A stretch of 64,000 nt of DNA from a virus (taxonomy: Duplodnaviria; Caudoviricetes), in the IMG/VR virus record IMGVR_UViG_2765235989_000002, positions 1-64,000 of that record, one strand, 5' to 3'. Below the pieces are notes generated by a model. That model had not been told where the DNA came from and did no database searches. It was given only the letters and a program-made list of their open reading frames with translations. Both the position numbers and the translations under genes were made by a program. Positions 18,297-27,559 of the stretch are shown here, piece by piece (position 1 is the first letter of the stretch; every line of letters starts with the position of its first letter).

Positions 18297-19076
18297 TTAC
18301 TCGGCCGGGGCGTCAGACCAGACGAACCGGCCGCGGGACGGCTTCACGATGTTCGGGTGGCCGGCGAACCAGCGCTGGATGGTCGCGGTCGGCGGCGGCG
18401 TGACGCCAGGGTGGCCGGCGGTGAACGACCGGAGCGCGGCCGCCACGGTGGTGCCGTCCTCGCCCGCCTCGCGGACGAGCGCAATGAACTCGTCCCAGTG
18501 CGGGGTGTTCCGGTCGGCCCACGCCTCACCGGCGTCTGCGGAGGCGGGCATGGGGTACTTGGCGAGGATCCACGCGGTCACGACCCGGGACAGGGAGGGC
18601 CGCTTCCCGCGCGGCCCCGTCTCTTCCTTGATCTTCTCTGTGGCGAGGCGGCGCCACTCCGGGTCCAGCGGGACGTTCAGCGCGACCTTCGTGCTGCCGA
18701 TGTTGACGGGGGGCGGGTTCGGGTCGAAGCGCCCTTCGACGTACGCCTTCAGTCCTTCGCGGGCCAGGTCGGCGAGGTCGTCGTTGGCGCCGGCCACCGC
18801 GTGCCGGATGTGCTCGCGGACTGTGTCGCCCATCATCAGCGCCAGGTTCGACGGTGATTCGCCGGGGGCCTGTTCACGGCGGAGCCGGTCCCATCCGCCG
18901 GGGGCGAGGACCTGGTCGACGGCGTCGGCCTCGGCGGTGTGGCCGTCCTTGCGGAGGAGGGCGGCGGCTGAGGTGAGGTGGGGTCGGATCGGGGGGCGGG
19001 CCACGGATGGTCCTCTCGGTGTGCGCCGTTCGGACCGGGGCCGGCCGGGCGGGCGCGTGGGGGCGGCTGTTGCCAC
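18297..19076 (-). CDS. Hypothetical protein, possibly DNA-binding; first gene of the early operon (alternative start near 19004)
   Basis: AAGGAGG RBS; two ribbon-helix-helix-like segments (NLALMM.., VALNVPLD..). Confidence 0.55.
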   Translation of the reverse strand: MATAAPTRPPGRPRSERRTPRGPSVARPPIRPHLTSAAALLRKDGHTAEADAVDQVLAPGGWDRLRREQAPGESPSNLALMMGDTVREHIRHAVAGANDDLADLAREGLKAYVEGRFDPNPPPVNIGSTKVALNVPLDPEWRRLATEKIKEETGPRGKRPSLSRVVTAWILAKYPMPASADAGEAWADRNTPHWDEFIALVREAGEDGTTVAAALRSFTAGHPGVTPPPTATIQRWFAGHPNIVKPSRGRFVWSDAPAE

Positions 19077-19134
19077 GCCAGTTTCCTCCTTATGCATGGG
19101 GCATGCAATGCGTTGTAGGGGCCGTTCCCGGAAC

Positions 19135-19174
19135 AGATTACCTACAAAGCATGGTGTTTGCAATGCTTCACATG
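19135..19174 (-). promoter_or_regulatory. Sigma70/HrdB-like promoter TTGCAA-N17-TAATCT with upstream CATGTGAAGCA box
   Basis: 17-bp spacer; twin of 4841-4880. Confidence 0.7.
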
Positions 19175-19210
19175 TATGGTGGTGTCCACACCACAACAGC
19201 GGGGGCACCC

Positions 19211-19609
19211 ATGAAGCACACCAACCGGCAGACCGAAACCCGGACCCTCACCGACCTCTACCGCGCCCTCGACCGCCAGCACGCCGTCACCATCACCTAC
19301 CTCGACCAAGACGGCACCGAGTCCATCCGCACGATCGAGATCAGCGACATCCGCACCACCAAGTCCGGCCGCATCGAGATCCGCGCCATGTGCCGACTCC
19401 GGGGCGAAGCGCGCGGCTTCCTCCTCCACCGCATCGCGTCCTACACCTGCCACCGCATCCCGTACGTCCTCGAACAGCCGGAGGCAACAACCCCCGCCGG
19501 ACGCGTCATCGTGGTCCGTAGCGAACGCCAGCTCATCGCCCGCGAACTCGGCCGCGACTACCTCCCCCGCACCAGCGTCACCCGCACCGACACCGCGCTC
19601 GCCGCCTGA
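19211..19609 (+). CDS. Stand-alone WYL domain protein
   Basis: LYRALD..HAVTITYLDQDG..SIRTIE...AMCRLRGEARGFLLHRI. Confidence 0.8.
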   Translation: MKHTNRQTETRTLTDLYRALDRQHAVTITYLDQDGTESIRTIEISDIRTTKSGRIEIRAMCRLRGEARGFLLHRIASYTCHRIPYVLEQPEATTPAGRVIVVRSERQLIARELGRDYLPRTSVTRTDTALAA

Positions 19610-19627
19610 TCCAAGGAGACAAGACGA

Positions 19628-19657
19628 AGGCCACCACCCCGAACCGGGTGGTGGCCT
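19628..19657. terminator. Hairpin terminator after the WYL gene
   Basis: AGGCCACCACCC...GGGTGGTGGCCT. Confidence 0.6.
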
Positions 19658-19747
19658 CTCAAGTCACAATGATCGCGCACGCGCAGCGTAGCCCAAACCA
19701 GCGCCACTCCGAAAGCCCCAGCTCACGAACCACTCGGGAAGCCGGCC

Positions 19748-19936
19748 ATGGACCGTCAGGAAGCCCTCACCGCGACCCCGCCCGGACTACGCCGACGAGT
19801 CTGGTGCCAGGAGTGCGGCCGCGAGCTGACCGACCCGGAATCCCGCCGCCGGCGCCTCGGCCCCGAATGCGACCCCGACACCCGGACCAGCCACACCCGG
19901 CACGACGCCGATCAGGACCCGATACCGGGACTGTGA
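19748..19936 (+). CDS. DUF6011 family Zn-finger protein
   Basis: CQECGRELTDPESRRRRLGPEC. Confidence 0.75.
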   Translation: MDRQEALTATPPGLRRRVWCQECGRELTDPESRRRRLGPECDPDTRTSHTRHDADQDPIPGL

Positions 19937-19964
19937 AAGCCGGGGACCGCTACCCGTGCGCTGT

Positions 19965-21095
19965 TCACGCCCGGCGCCGGGCGGCACGTGCCTTTCGGGT
20001 GGCACGTCCCCTCCGGGCCGCCTCCCGGCACTCCGGCTCCCGGCACCCCGTGTTGTAGCAGCTCTCCCGCCCGTGAACCCTCGGCCGGTCCGGCGGCAGC
20101 GGACGCGGTCCCCGCCGCTTCGGAAGCTGGGCAGCAGCCTCCCGCGCGGCCTTCTCCAACAGGACCCGCTCCTCCTCCGGGACCGCCGCCGCACGCCGAA
20201 GCCCCTCCAACTGCAACGGAAGCGGCTCCCACCCCGGGCTTCCCGCCATCACGTAGTTCAGCGTTACCACCCCCCGCACGTATGACCTCCCGAGTCCCTC
20301 AGCGCTGATCGGCAGCCCCGGCGGACCCAACCACGTCGGCGCCAGCGTCACCCACAAAGCGTTCTTCGCGCCCTCCGGAAGCGCCACCAGGTCCTCACGG
20401 AACTTCAGCCACCGCCGCAACGCGACCCCCGTACCCTCCCGCAGCGGCAACACAAGCTCAAGCGGCTCCAGATGCGCGCCGTTCTGCTGCCGGCGCCGCA
20501 CTCGCACCGACCGGCTGTCCTCCCCCAGATCCGCCACCGTCATCGCCGCGAGCTCCGACACCCGCGACCGCGTATCCAGAGCCACCGCCGTCAACGCCAG
20601 CAGCCGCGCACGGTACTCAACCGTCATCGACCGGCTGCCGCGCGCCAACGGCCCCCCGGACGCCAGCGACACCAGGAACCGGAACAGCTCCGCCTCCTGC
20701 CGCGGCGTGGTCGTGTCCCGCAGCCCCGGCTCGACCACCTGCGGCAGCCGAACCCCCTGGTTCCCTACTATGCGGCGGGCCAGAATATGCAGGCAGTCCC
20801 GGACGATCCGCCGCGTCGCCAGCGGCATCTCGTGCCCCAGCCGCGCCGCGTCCGCCCACAGCTCCCCCTCGACCGCGAGATCCCAGAACTCGGCGACCGC
20901 GTCCGGCTGGAACAGCCGCCGCGCGGACCGCGTCCTTGGCCCGGGCATCCCGTCCCGGCCGACCGCCCGGTCCCACATGCCGACGATCATCCGCAGCTGC
21001 TTCAGCCGGTTCCCGGACACCTCCGGTGCCAGCTGGTCGACGACCGCGGCGAGCTCCCGTACGGCTGGCGCACGGTACTGGCGGCGCCCGGTCAC
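19965..21095 (-). CDS. Degenerate tyrosine-recombinase-fold protein (probably inactive) with a C-terminal Cys motif
   Basis: Box I present (LDTRSRVSEL); box II altered (LEGLRR) with no catalytic Tyr segment; GTGA overlap with the upstream recombinase. Confidence 0.65.
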   Translation of the reverse strand: MTGRRQYRAPAVRELAAVVDQLAPEVSGNRLKQLRMIVGMWDRAVGRDGMPGPRTRSARRLFQPDAVAEFWDLAVEGELWADAARLGHEMPLATRRIVRDCLHILARRIVGNQGVRLPQVVEPGLRDTTTPRQEAELFRFLVSLASGGPLARGSRSMTVEYRARLLALTAVALDTRSRVSELAAMTVADLGEDSRSVRVRRRQQNGAHLEPLELVLPLREGTGVALRRWLKFREDLVALPEGAKNALWVTLAPTWLGPPGLPISAEGLGRSYVRGVVTLNYVMAGSPGWEPLPLQLEGLRRAAAVPEEERVLLEKAAREAAAQLPKRRGPRPLPPDRPRVHGRESCYNTGCREPECREAARRGRATRKARAARRRA

Positions 21096-22285
21096 CCCTT
21101 CTCCTCCCCACGAACGGAGCCGTCGGACGGGCGGGCCTGCGCCGCGGCCTCGGCCACGCGGCCCATCTGCGCGAGCGGATTCAACTCGCCTGCCGCATCT
21201 TCCTCGTCCACATAGCCGATGAGCGCCTTCGACTTGTCGTCCCAGCCCCCGTGCCGGCCGATCCGGACGAGGTCCACCTTGGCCTTGCGGGACGACTTCA
21301 CAAAACCGCGACGGGTGGAGTGGGACCGCCACCGGCCAGGCAGGCCCGTACGTTCGATGGAGCGCTGCACGATGTCGGACAGCGCCTCCACGGTCATCCG
21401 CCCGTCCGGATCGCCGATCGGCTCGCCGCCGCGCTGCATGGGCGGGTTGAGATAGCCCCACCGGTCCATACGGACGAACAGCGGGCCCTCGGCGTGCCCG
21501 TTGTCCGCCAGCCCGGCCACCAGCTCCCGGACCGCGCGGACCGTGCACAGCTCAGGATCGGGATCGAGCGGGACATCGACCGGCTGCCACATCTTCCGCT
21601 TCTTCCGGTACACCATCACCCGCAGCCCACCGTCGGGGAGTTCAGTGAAGCTGCCAGGCCAGTCGAGGGGCTTGAGCTCGCTGCCCCGGGAGGCGACGGC
21701 GTGCCCGAGGAGCATGACGGCCGCATCACGCTTCCCCGGCAGCGAGCTGCGGTCGAGTTCGCGCAGCGCGCGACGGATGACCTCGCGGTCGGCTGGGCTG
21801 GCCTTGCGCGGCGCGGCCGCCGGGTCCTTGGCCTGAGCGAGCTGCTCGCGGTAGCCGAGGACGACCTTGCGGGCGCCCATGGTGTCGGGCGGCTTGTGCC
21901 CGGCGGCCCGGTGCGCGGAGCGGATCGCGGCGATGATGCGGTCCATGGACCGCGGTCCGTAAGGCTTCCCGGTGCGGGCCCGCGGGGTGCGCTTCAGGTA
22001 GGACAAGTACTCGGTGACGGTCTGGGGCGCCGCGGGCATGGGCCGACGGCCGACCGTGGCGCACCATTCGGCGAAGCGCCGCATATCGCCCTCGTAGCCG
22101 TCGCGGGTCCCCTCGGTGATGCCGGCCTTGACGTCTTCCTGCGCTTCGGGCGAGAGCCACGCGTCGGGGTCGCCGTCCGGGCCGGGAACGGCGAGGCTCT
22201 CGGCGTTGGCAAGTGCAGGGAGGTGGTCGTTGACCAGTTCGACGTCGAGTACCTCGTCCGAGTCCAGGTCGTTCACGGCCGTCAC
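21092..22285 (-). CDS. Cre-like tyrosine recombinase/resolvase
   Basis: T...Y..D...F..WC N-domain; RDAAVMLLG..ASRGSEL; SHSTRRG; RHGGW; IGY. Confidence 0.88.
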   Translation of the reverse strand: MTAVNDLDSDEVLDVELVNDHLPALANAESLAVPGPDGDPDAWLSPEAQEDVKAGITEGTRDGYEGDMRRFAEWCATVGRRPMPAAPQTVTEYLSYLKRTPRARTGKPYGPRSMDRIIAAIRSAHRAAGHKPPDTMGARKVVLGYREQLAQAKDPAAAPRKASPADREVIRRALRELDRSSLPGKRDAAVMLLGHAVASRGSELKPLDWPGSFTELPDGGLRVMVYRKKRKMWQPVDVPLDPDPELCTVRAVRELVAGLADNGHAEGPLFVRMDRWGYLNPPMQRGGEPIGDPDGRMTVEALSDIVQRSIERTGLPGRWRSHSTRRGFVKSSRKAKVDLVRIGRHGGWDDKSKALIGYVDEEDAAGELNPLAQMGRVAEAAAQARPSDGSVRGEEKG

Positions 22286-22320
22286 GTTCCTTCCGCGTCC
22301 GCTCCCCCGCGCGGTGATCA

Positions 22321-22346
22321 CTCTACAGAATGAACGTTATCTGGAG
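22321..22346. other. Candidate lox/dif-like crossover site CTCTACAGAA-TGAACG-TTATCTGGAG
   Basis: Imperfect 10-bp inverted arms (7/10) around a 6-bp spacer, directly upstream of the recombinase. Confidence 0.45.
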
Positions 22347-22545
22347 CCAGGATGCTCGTTCCCTCTGACGGCACAACATGACCCGGTCATGTCTCCGAAA
22401 ACGGGGATGACTCCCCAGACCTTCGTCAGGAACGATTCTCCGCTCAGGCAGGTTCTTCCTGCCGGCTAAGCCGGAGCACCCGCGCTCCCCGAGCCGGCGA
22501 CTGACGCGAGATCGGCGGGCACTGGACCCTTTCGGCGTCGGGGCA

Positions 22546-23001
22546 TCAAAGGTCGGGATCGGGAAGCACGTTGAGCTGTAGGTCGAAGAACAGGACCTTG
22601 GCGTCGAGATAGGGCTTGCCAGTGGCCCGCTCCGAATCCGCGCACAGGGAATCGACGAGCCGGTCGCATATGGACTGGCGAGTGTCGTCGCTCTCGGGCC
22701 GGACGACACCACGCGCGCCGAGGAGCGTCTGGCGGCCGGCCACCGTACCGGTGACGGTCAGCACCCAGTGAAAGGCGTTGCGGTTGGTCACCTCGGTCAC
22801 CTGCCTGATGGTGAACTTCCCAGCGGAGTAGAGGAGTAGCCGGGCCGCCTCGTGTACTTCCGACTCATATGGCTGGCCGCTCTCGGCCGCTGCGGCCTCG
22901 GCTCGGTCGAGGGACTCAGACAGGTCCTGGATCTGCCGCATGAACACCATCGCCGGGTGATTGAGATCGACAGGATGCGCGTCCGGCTCGTCGCTCCCCA
23001 T
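22546..23001 (-). CDS. Hypothetical protein
   Basis: GGAGG RBS; globular composition. Confidence 0.6.
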   Translation of the reverse strand: MGSDEPDAHPVDLNHPAMVFMRQIQDLSESLDRAEAAAAESGQPYESEVHEAARLLLYSAGKFTIRQVTEVTNRNAFHWVLTVTGTVAGRQTLLGARGVVRPESDDTRQSICDRLVDSLCADSERATGKPYLDAKVLFFDLQLNVLPDPDL

Positions 23002-23146
23002 AAGCCCTCCCCCTTCAGATAGGGAAATTTATACGAGGTGATCACAAACCCTACCTCGAAGGCCCGGTTCTCCTGCTCGGGCAGTTCTCCTCCCTTGGCC
23101 CAAGCCGGAGGCAACGAGCCTGCCATCCACTGCCAGCATTGAGGAC

Positions 23147-23557
23147 ATGACTACTACGGATCTGCTCATGAAGCTCGGATACCTGCCGGCACTCGACTCC
23201 GTCGAAGGAAGCCGATGGATGAATCAACAGACCATCCGAAAGTGCCTGGCAGAAAGCGGTGAAAGCCCTCAAGTCGTCTCCGCGCTCGCGGTACTCGTAG
23301 CAGCGTTCGACTCTGTAGTCGCACTACATGAAGGAACGCCAGAAGATACGACCAAGCGCCAGAACGTGATGGCGTTCCTGGAAGTCCTCACGGGCCCGAA
23401 GGTGTACGAGGGCCTGGGAGGACTACCGCGTATCAGCAACGCTCCGTCGTGCGTCTGCGGTCACGCTCGCGACCACCATGGCACGGACCCCACGCGTTGC
23501 AGCAGCTGCACTTGGAACTCCGACCACCATGTCTACACGCCGGGGCCGACAGATTGA
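23147..23557 (+). CDS. Hypothetical protein with a C-terminal CxCxH..H..CxxC Zn ribbon
   Basis: GAGG RBS; CVCGHARDHH...CSSC. Confidence 0.6.
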   Translation: MTTTDLLMKLGYLPALDSVEGSRWMNQQTIRKCLAESGESPQVVSALAVLVAAFDSVVALHEGTPEDTTKRQNVMAFLEVLTGPKVYEGLGGLPRISNAPSCVCGHARDHHGTDPTRCSSCTWNSDHHVYTPGPTD

Positions 23558-23767
23558 CGTCTTACACAGCAGGGATTGACACCCCTCCCCACTGGCCCCG
23601 GGGAAGGGGCACACGATTCGTTCGCTGGCATCGAACGGGTCGGCGCTCGCGGCCGGGCCGAGGTCGGCGATTCGGTCGGCGAGGAACTGGGAAGTCACTG
23701 CCTTGCAGTGAAACCGCTCGGGCAGCAGCGGTGGTTCGTCCGCTCTGGCGGGGAGGTTGGTCGGTAC

Positions 23768-24043
23768 TCACGGACGAGACGCCATCAGGGGGCCGAACTC
23801 GCGCTCTACGTCGCGACGGAGCATGGGGTCCATGTCAGACGCGCACGGAAGCATGACCGAGTCGCCGTCATGCGTCTCCCCGGTGAGAGCCCAGACGTCC
23901 CCTTCCGGGTCGGTGAACTCGGGCCAGCCCGTTGGGATGCTGCTGTTGGTGGCTTCGCAGATCTCGGAGGCGATGTCATCTGGCACGCGGACGGCGCCGT
24001 TGCGGTACGCGATCTCCATCGGGTGCATGTGAGGCATAGTCAC
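23768..24043 (-). CDS. Small phage hypothetical protein
   Basis: GGAAG RBS; FTDPEGDVWALTG...VEREFGPL. Confidence 0.6.
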   Translation of the reverse strand: MTMPHMHPMEIAYRNGAVRVPDDIASEICEATNSSIPTGWPEFTDPEGDVWALTGETHDGDSVMLPCASDMDPMLRRDVEREFGPLMASRP

Positions 24044-24224
24044 ATTTTACCTATCTTCCTTGGTGATATGTGAGCTTATCGTGAACCACGCTGCGCACTC
24101 CCGGGGAAGGCTGCGCGCCAACTAACGTGAAACTAGCGCGAGTAAACGAGTGACAGAAGTATGCGGGTGCACTACCGTTCTCGTTAGAGCACGTAAGTTC
24201 ACGTCCAATGTAAGGGGAGGGATT

Positions 24225-24446
24225 ATAGCCGTACGCCGCCCGTCGAAGATCTGGCGCATCGTCGTCCCGTCACCCGGCGGGCCCATCGAGAAGCCACAGC
24301 GCTCCGAAGCCGCCGCGCGCGACGCAGTCGAGGCGGAAAAGCAGACCACCACCGCGAACCGCATCGTCGTGGAGAAGTGGGAGGACCGTCAGTGGGGCGA
24401 GTGGCTCCGCTGGGTCCGTACCGACAGCAACTGGCACGCCGAGTAG
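24225..24446 (+). CDS. Small hypothetical protein, start uncertain (ATA/ATT after GGAGG)
   Basis: Coding-like segment WRIVVPSP...VEKWEDRQWGEW begins right after a strong RBS. Confidence 0.45.
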   Translation: MAVRRPSKIWRIVVPSPGGPIEKPQRSEAAARDAVEAEKQTTTANRIVVEKWEDRQWGEWLRWVRTDSNWHAE

Positions 24447-24454
24447 GAGACACC

Positions 24455-24871
24455 GTGCGCATCACCGTCACCGTGGACGACCCGACCCCTGAGTTCCAGG
24501 ACAAGCTGATCACTCTCCTTGCCGAACACACCGAGGACATCGAGACCGACACAAGGTGGAACGAGGAACGCGCCACCCACTACTTCCGAATGCTGCCCGC
24601 CCGCGCCCGACGCATCGTCAAGGAAGCCGTCCAGCGCGGCGGCATGGTCCCGGCCGACGCCCTCCGCGACAACCCCGACGACAGCCTCCGCGGTCACAGC
24701 GCCCCGCTCAGCCGCATCCTCCAGCGCGGCAAGATGCTCGGCCGCTGGCCCGAGGGCATCGACCAGCCGGTGAAGCCCCTCGGGCCCGGCTTCGGCAAGG
24801 TCGAAGGGTACGAGATGCCCGCCGACCTGATTCCCGTCTTCCAGACAGCCATCCGCAACGTACAGCAGTGA
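24455..24871 (+). CDS. Hypothetical protein (possible winged helix)
   Basis: AGGAG RBS + GTG. Confidence 0.65.
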   Translation: MRITVTVDDPTPEFQDKLITLLAEHTEDIETDTRWNEERATHYFRMLPARARRIVKEAVQRGGMVPADALRDNPDDSLRGHSAPLSRILQRGKMLGRWPEGIDQPVKPLGPGFGKVEGYEMPADLIPVFQTAIRNVQQ

Positions 24872-24885
24872 GGATACCGACCCCA

Positions 24886-25215
24886 ATGACACGTCCTGCC
24901 ATCACCGTCCGGCAGCTGTACCGAGATCTCGCCCCCGACATGAAAAGCCGCGACCGCCGTCTCCGAGTCATCAGCGTCGGAGACGCCCGGGCAGAGCTGG
25001 TCGTCGAGCACGACCTCGGCGGCCCGACCGGAAAGAAGACCTCCGTAAGCCTCAACCGACTACGTTCCTCCGCATTCGAACTGCTGGAAGACTCGACCGA
25101 CAGTGACCCGCTCTACCTGGCCTTGCTCGCGGCCATCTCCGACGTTCACCGGCCCGGAGCCACACCCGCCGACTACGCCCGCGCAGCCCTCCACACCTTC
25201 CGCATCGAAAAGTGA
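24886..25215 (+). CDS. Hypothetical protein (DUF6354-like)
   Basis: VRQLYRDLAPDMKSRDRRLRV. Confidence 0.6.
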   Translation: MTRPAITVRQLYRDLAPDMKSRDRRLRVISVGDARAELVVEHDLGGPTGKKTSVSLNRLRSSAFELLEDSTDSDPLYLALLAAISDVHRPGATPADYARAALHTFRIEK

Positions 25216-25226
25216 GGATACCGATC

Positions 25227-25484
25227 ATGCTTGCTACTCAGGAGCGCGTCCGCGAGGGCGACCGAACCATCATCATCTGGCACAAGGCCGCCGAACCGGA
25301 GCAGTGCAACGGCGGGTGCGACTGGCACCCGATCGCATGCAGTACTACGGAGGGCATCACCACGCCCGGTTCGCTCCGAGAAATCCCGATCGACCTGGCC
25401 GAGGTACCCCTGGAGCGAACGGCTGAGGCGCAGCGCTGGTGCTCCAACTGCCTTGCCGTCCACGGCACCAGCACTGAGAAGTGA
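25227..25484 (+). CDS. Small Cys/His protein
   Basis: WH...C...C.....AC...WCSNC. Confidence 0.55.
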   Translation: MLATQERVREGDRTIIIWHKAAEPEQCNGGCDWHPIACSTTEGITTPGSLREIPIDLAEVPLERTAEAQRWCSNCLAVHGTSTEK

Positions 25485-25552
25485 TGCCCCTCAAGCTCCA
25501 CGCTACGAAGCCGGCGTCATCACTTTTCTACTGGCGCTGACCCGGCAACGAA

Positions 25553-25593
25553 CCGTGTGCCCCTCCCCAGGAACAGTGGGGAGGGGCACACGG
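25553..25593. terminator. Bidirectional terminator between the accessory cassette and the late operon
   Basis: CCGTGTGCCCCCTCCCCA...TGGGGAGGGGCACACGG. Confidence 0.6.
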
Positions 25594-25609
25594 CATGTCG
25601 GAGCCTACG

Positions 25610-25822
25610 TCACTCCGGCACCTGCACATCCGCCCCCGACGGCAAGAACCCCATCAACCCCACCTTGAACGCGTCGATCCGGTCCAGCAGATCCTGATCT
25701 GACCACGCCTCCACCTGCTGAGGCGTCAACGTGAAGGTGAAGCCAACGCCAGCATCCGCGCTGGATATCGACACCGTGCACCGCGTCGAGCGAGATGCGA
25801 GACCGGGAACCGTGAGCGGCAT
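25610..25822 (-). CDS. Small hypothetical protein
   Basis: AAGGG RBS; 70-aa ORF. Confidence 0.5.
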   Translation of the reverse strand: MPLTVPGLASRSTRCTVSISSADAGVGFTFTLTPQQVEAWSDQDLLDRIDAFKVGLMGFLPSGADVQVPE

Positions 25823-25935
25823 GGAATGTCCCTTCTTTGTTGGTGCGGGGGCCTGATGTTGAACTGACGTGCAGGTCGATGGGTGGGGCGGTGGTGGAGG
25901 GCTGGGCGCAAGCGCGGGTTATTTGTGGTGAATAT

Positions 25936-26112
25936 TTATTGGACTTCTGCTGTTCCTTGAGCAGTCTCGACGGTCATGCCGAAGTCCAGCTCAGGTTCCT
26001 CCGGTGGAGGAGCCGTACCGCTGTCGTTCACCCCGGGGAAGACCGGCGGAACGACCACCGGACCCAGCTCATCTTCTGGCTCGGTAGACACGAGGCTCAC
26101 CTTCCTCATCAT
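25936..26112 (-). CDS. Small acidic/Pro-rich protein (not in the ORF track)
   Basis: TGATG coupling; ..VSTEPEDELGPVVVPPVFPG..AEVQ*. Confidence 0.4.
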   Translation of the reverse strand: MMRKVSLVSTEPEDELGPVVVPPVFPGVNDSGTAPPPEEPELDFGMTVETAQGTAEVQ

Positions 26113-26828
26113 CAGAGACGGTCAGAGAGCAGCCTCAACGGGAGCACTCCCGAGGAGGAAGCCGACGGTTCGGTCGTAACGGGTGGAGCAGACGGGGAGG
26201 GCTCCTGCGGTGACGGCTCCACGTCCGGAGTACAGGCGTACTGAGGGGCGTCCGCGTCGAAGTCGTCGGCGGGCACGCAGGTGTACGTGACGCCCTGCGG
26301 GTCGGTGTACGTCCAGCGCGCTGGCGGGGCCCCGTCCGTACCGTCACTGCCCGACGGGCCAGGGCTCCCGTCCTGGCCGTCCTTCCCGGGTGCGCCGTCC
26401 CGGCCCGCCGCACCGGGAACACCCGACGCCCCGACAGGCCCCGGCGGCCCTGCGGCCGTCGAGTCGGCGCCGGGTATCCCGGAGGGGCCCGGTGGGCCAG
26501 CCGGCCCGGTCGGGCCCGGGCTCGGCGTCAGCGTAGGCGCAGCCCTCCCCGGCACCCCCGGAGGCCCGGGCGATCCTGCGGGGCCCGGCGGCCCGGCCAC
26601 GGACGTGCCACGCGACCCGGGCGGCCCCGCCACGGGCTTCTCCCCCAGCCCCTGCACCTGACGTGCGAGAGCGTCACGCGCCTGATTCGCCGCGTCCAGG
26701 TCGTTGGAGAGCACAACGAACCCGGTGACGATCGAGCCCAGAGCGAGCGCGGCAACCATCGTGGCGGCGCCGGCGAGGTAGTTCCCGCGCTTCCGCCGTT
26801 GACGGGCCTCCAGCCTGGTAGTTCTCAT
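26112..26828 (-). CDS. Membrane-anchored collagen-like protein
   Basis: TM helix, short coiled coil, G-x-y repeats, C-terminal Cys pair. Confidence 0.8.
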   Translation of the reverse strand: MRTTRLEARQRRKRGNYLAGAATMVAALALGSIVTGFVVLSNDLDAANQARDALARQVQGLGEKPVAGPPGSRGTSVAGPPGPAGSPGPPGVPGRAAPTLTPSPGPTGPAGPPGPSGIPGADSTAAGPPGPVGASGVPGAAGRDGAPGKDGQDGSPGPSGSDGTDGAPPARWTYTDPQGVTYTCVPADDFDADAPQYACTPDVEPSPQEPSPSAPPVTTEPSASSSGVLPLRLLSDRL

Positions 26829-27139
26829 CCCTTTCCTCCTGCCAGGAAGAACACGATGGGGATGATCAGCCCCAGTACCGGGATGACCACTGAGGCGAAC
26901 AGCCACCGGCGGGTCTGGGTGACCCGGTCGGCGTCCGCGGTTCGCAGCGCCTGCACACCCTCCACGTCCTTCTTCAAATCGGCGAGTTGCCGCTCGAGCG
27001 CCGCCTTCTCCACCCCGTACACGTCGGTGGAGACCATGCGGTCCAAGCGGGAGTTGATCTGGGCCATGTCGTCGCGGATGTCGCCACGCATGAGCTGGAT
27101 GAGCCGCCCCAGCTCTCCCAGAGACGGCTCATCAGCCAT
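26825..27139 (-). CDS. Coiled-coil protein with a C-terminal TM helix (lysis accessory)
   Basis: EPSLGELGRLI...RRWLFASVVIPVLGLIIPIVFFL. Confidence 0.7.
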   Translation of the reverse strand: MADEPSLGELGRLIQLMRGDIRDDMAQINSRLDRMVSTDVYGVEKAALERQLADLKKDVEGVQALRTADADRVTQTRRWLFASVVIPVLGLIIPIVFFLAGGKG

Positions 27140-27163
27140 GTTGTGCTCCGGATACAGGGAAGG

Positions 27164-27535
27164 TCAGGACACCGCAGTCGGCCGAGGCCGTCCTCCCGCC
27201 GGGACGGGTGCGGTCACCTGCGAGCGGACCAGCCAGAACTGTGCGACGACCGTCACGAACGCCATCGCGGCGGCCTGCTTCTCCGCCGTCCAGTCCAGGC
27301 CGAGGTTCATGCCGAGCGCGAGCGCGGCCTGAGCGAACCCGGTAAGCGCGGCCAGCAGTCCGTCGCCGACCATGTACGCCACGATCAGGCCGACCGCCGC
27401 AGCGGCGGCCACGTTGATGGCGGTCTGCGTGTCCTGGCTGACCTCGACGACGAATGCCGAGACGAACTGGACGACGACCGCGACGAGACCGAGGATCGCC
27501 GACGGTTCACGCCCGAACAGGGTGGGTGTCTTCAC
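27164..27535 (-). CDS. Putative holin
   Basis: LFGREP N-terminus, about 4 TM helices, VRSQVTAP; follows the endolysin. Confidence 0.75.
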   Translation of the reverse strand: MKTPTLFGREPSAILGLVAVVVQFVSAFVVEVSQDTQTAINVAAAAAVGLIVAYMVGDGLLAALTGFAQAALALGMNLGLDWTAEKQAAAMAFVTVVAQFWLVRSQVTAPVPAGGRPRPTAVS

Positions 27536-27559
27536 GTGATTCTCCAGATGAGAGACGGT

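Noticed and set aside
19965-21548. 527-aa ORF as listed in the track
   Set aside because: The first ~150 codons overlap the recombinase; the real start is the GTG at 21095
21092-22285. Recombinase as a prophage integrase with att sites
   Set aside because: Cre-like features, internal position and no tRNA or att duplication in view; a resolvase role fits better, though integration is not excluded
26330-26630. GC-rich 9-bp periodic repeats
   Set aside because: Explained by collagen G-x-y coding
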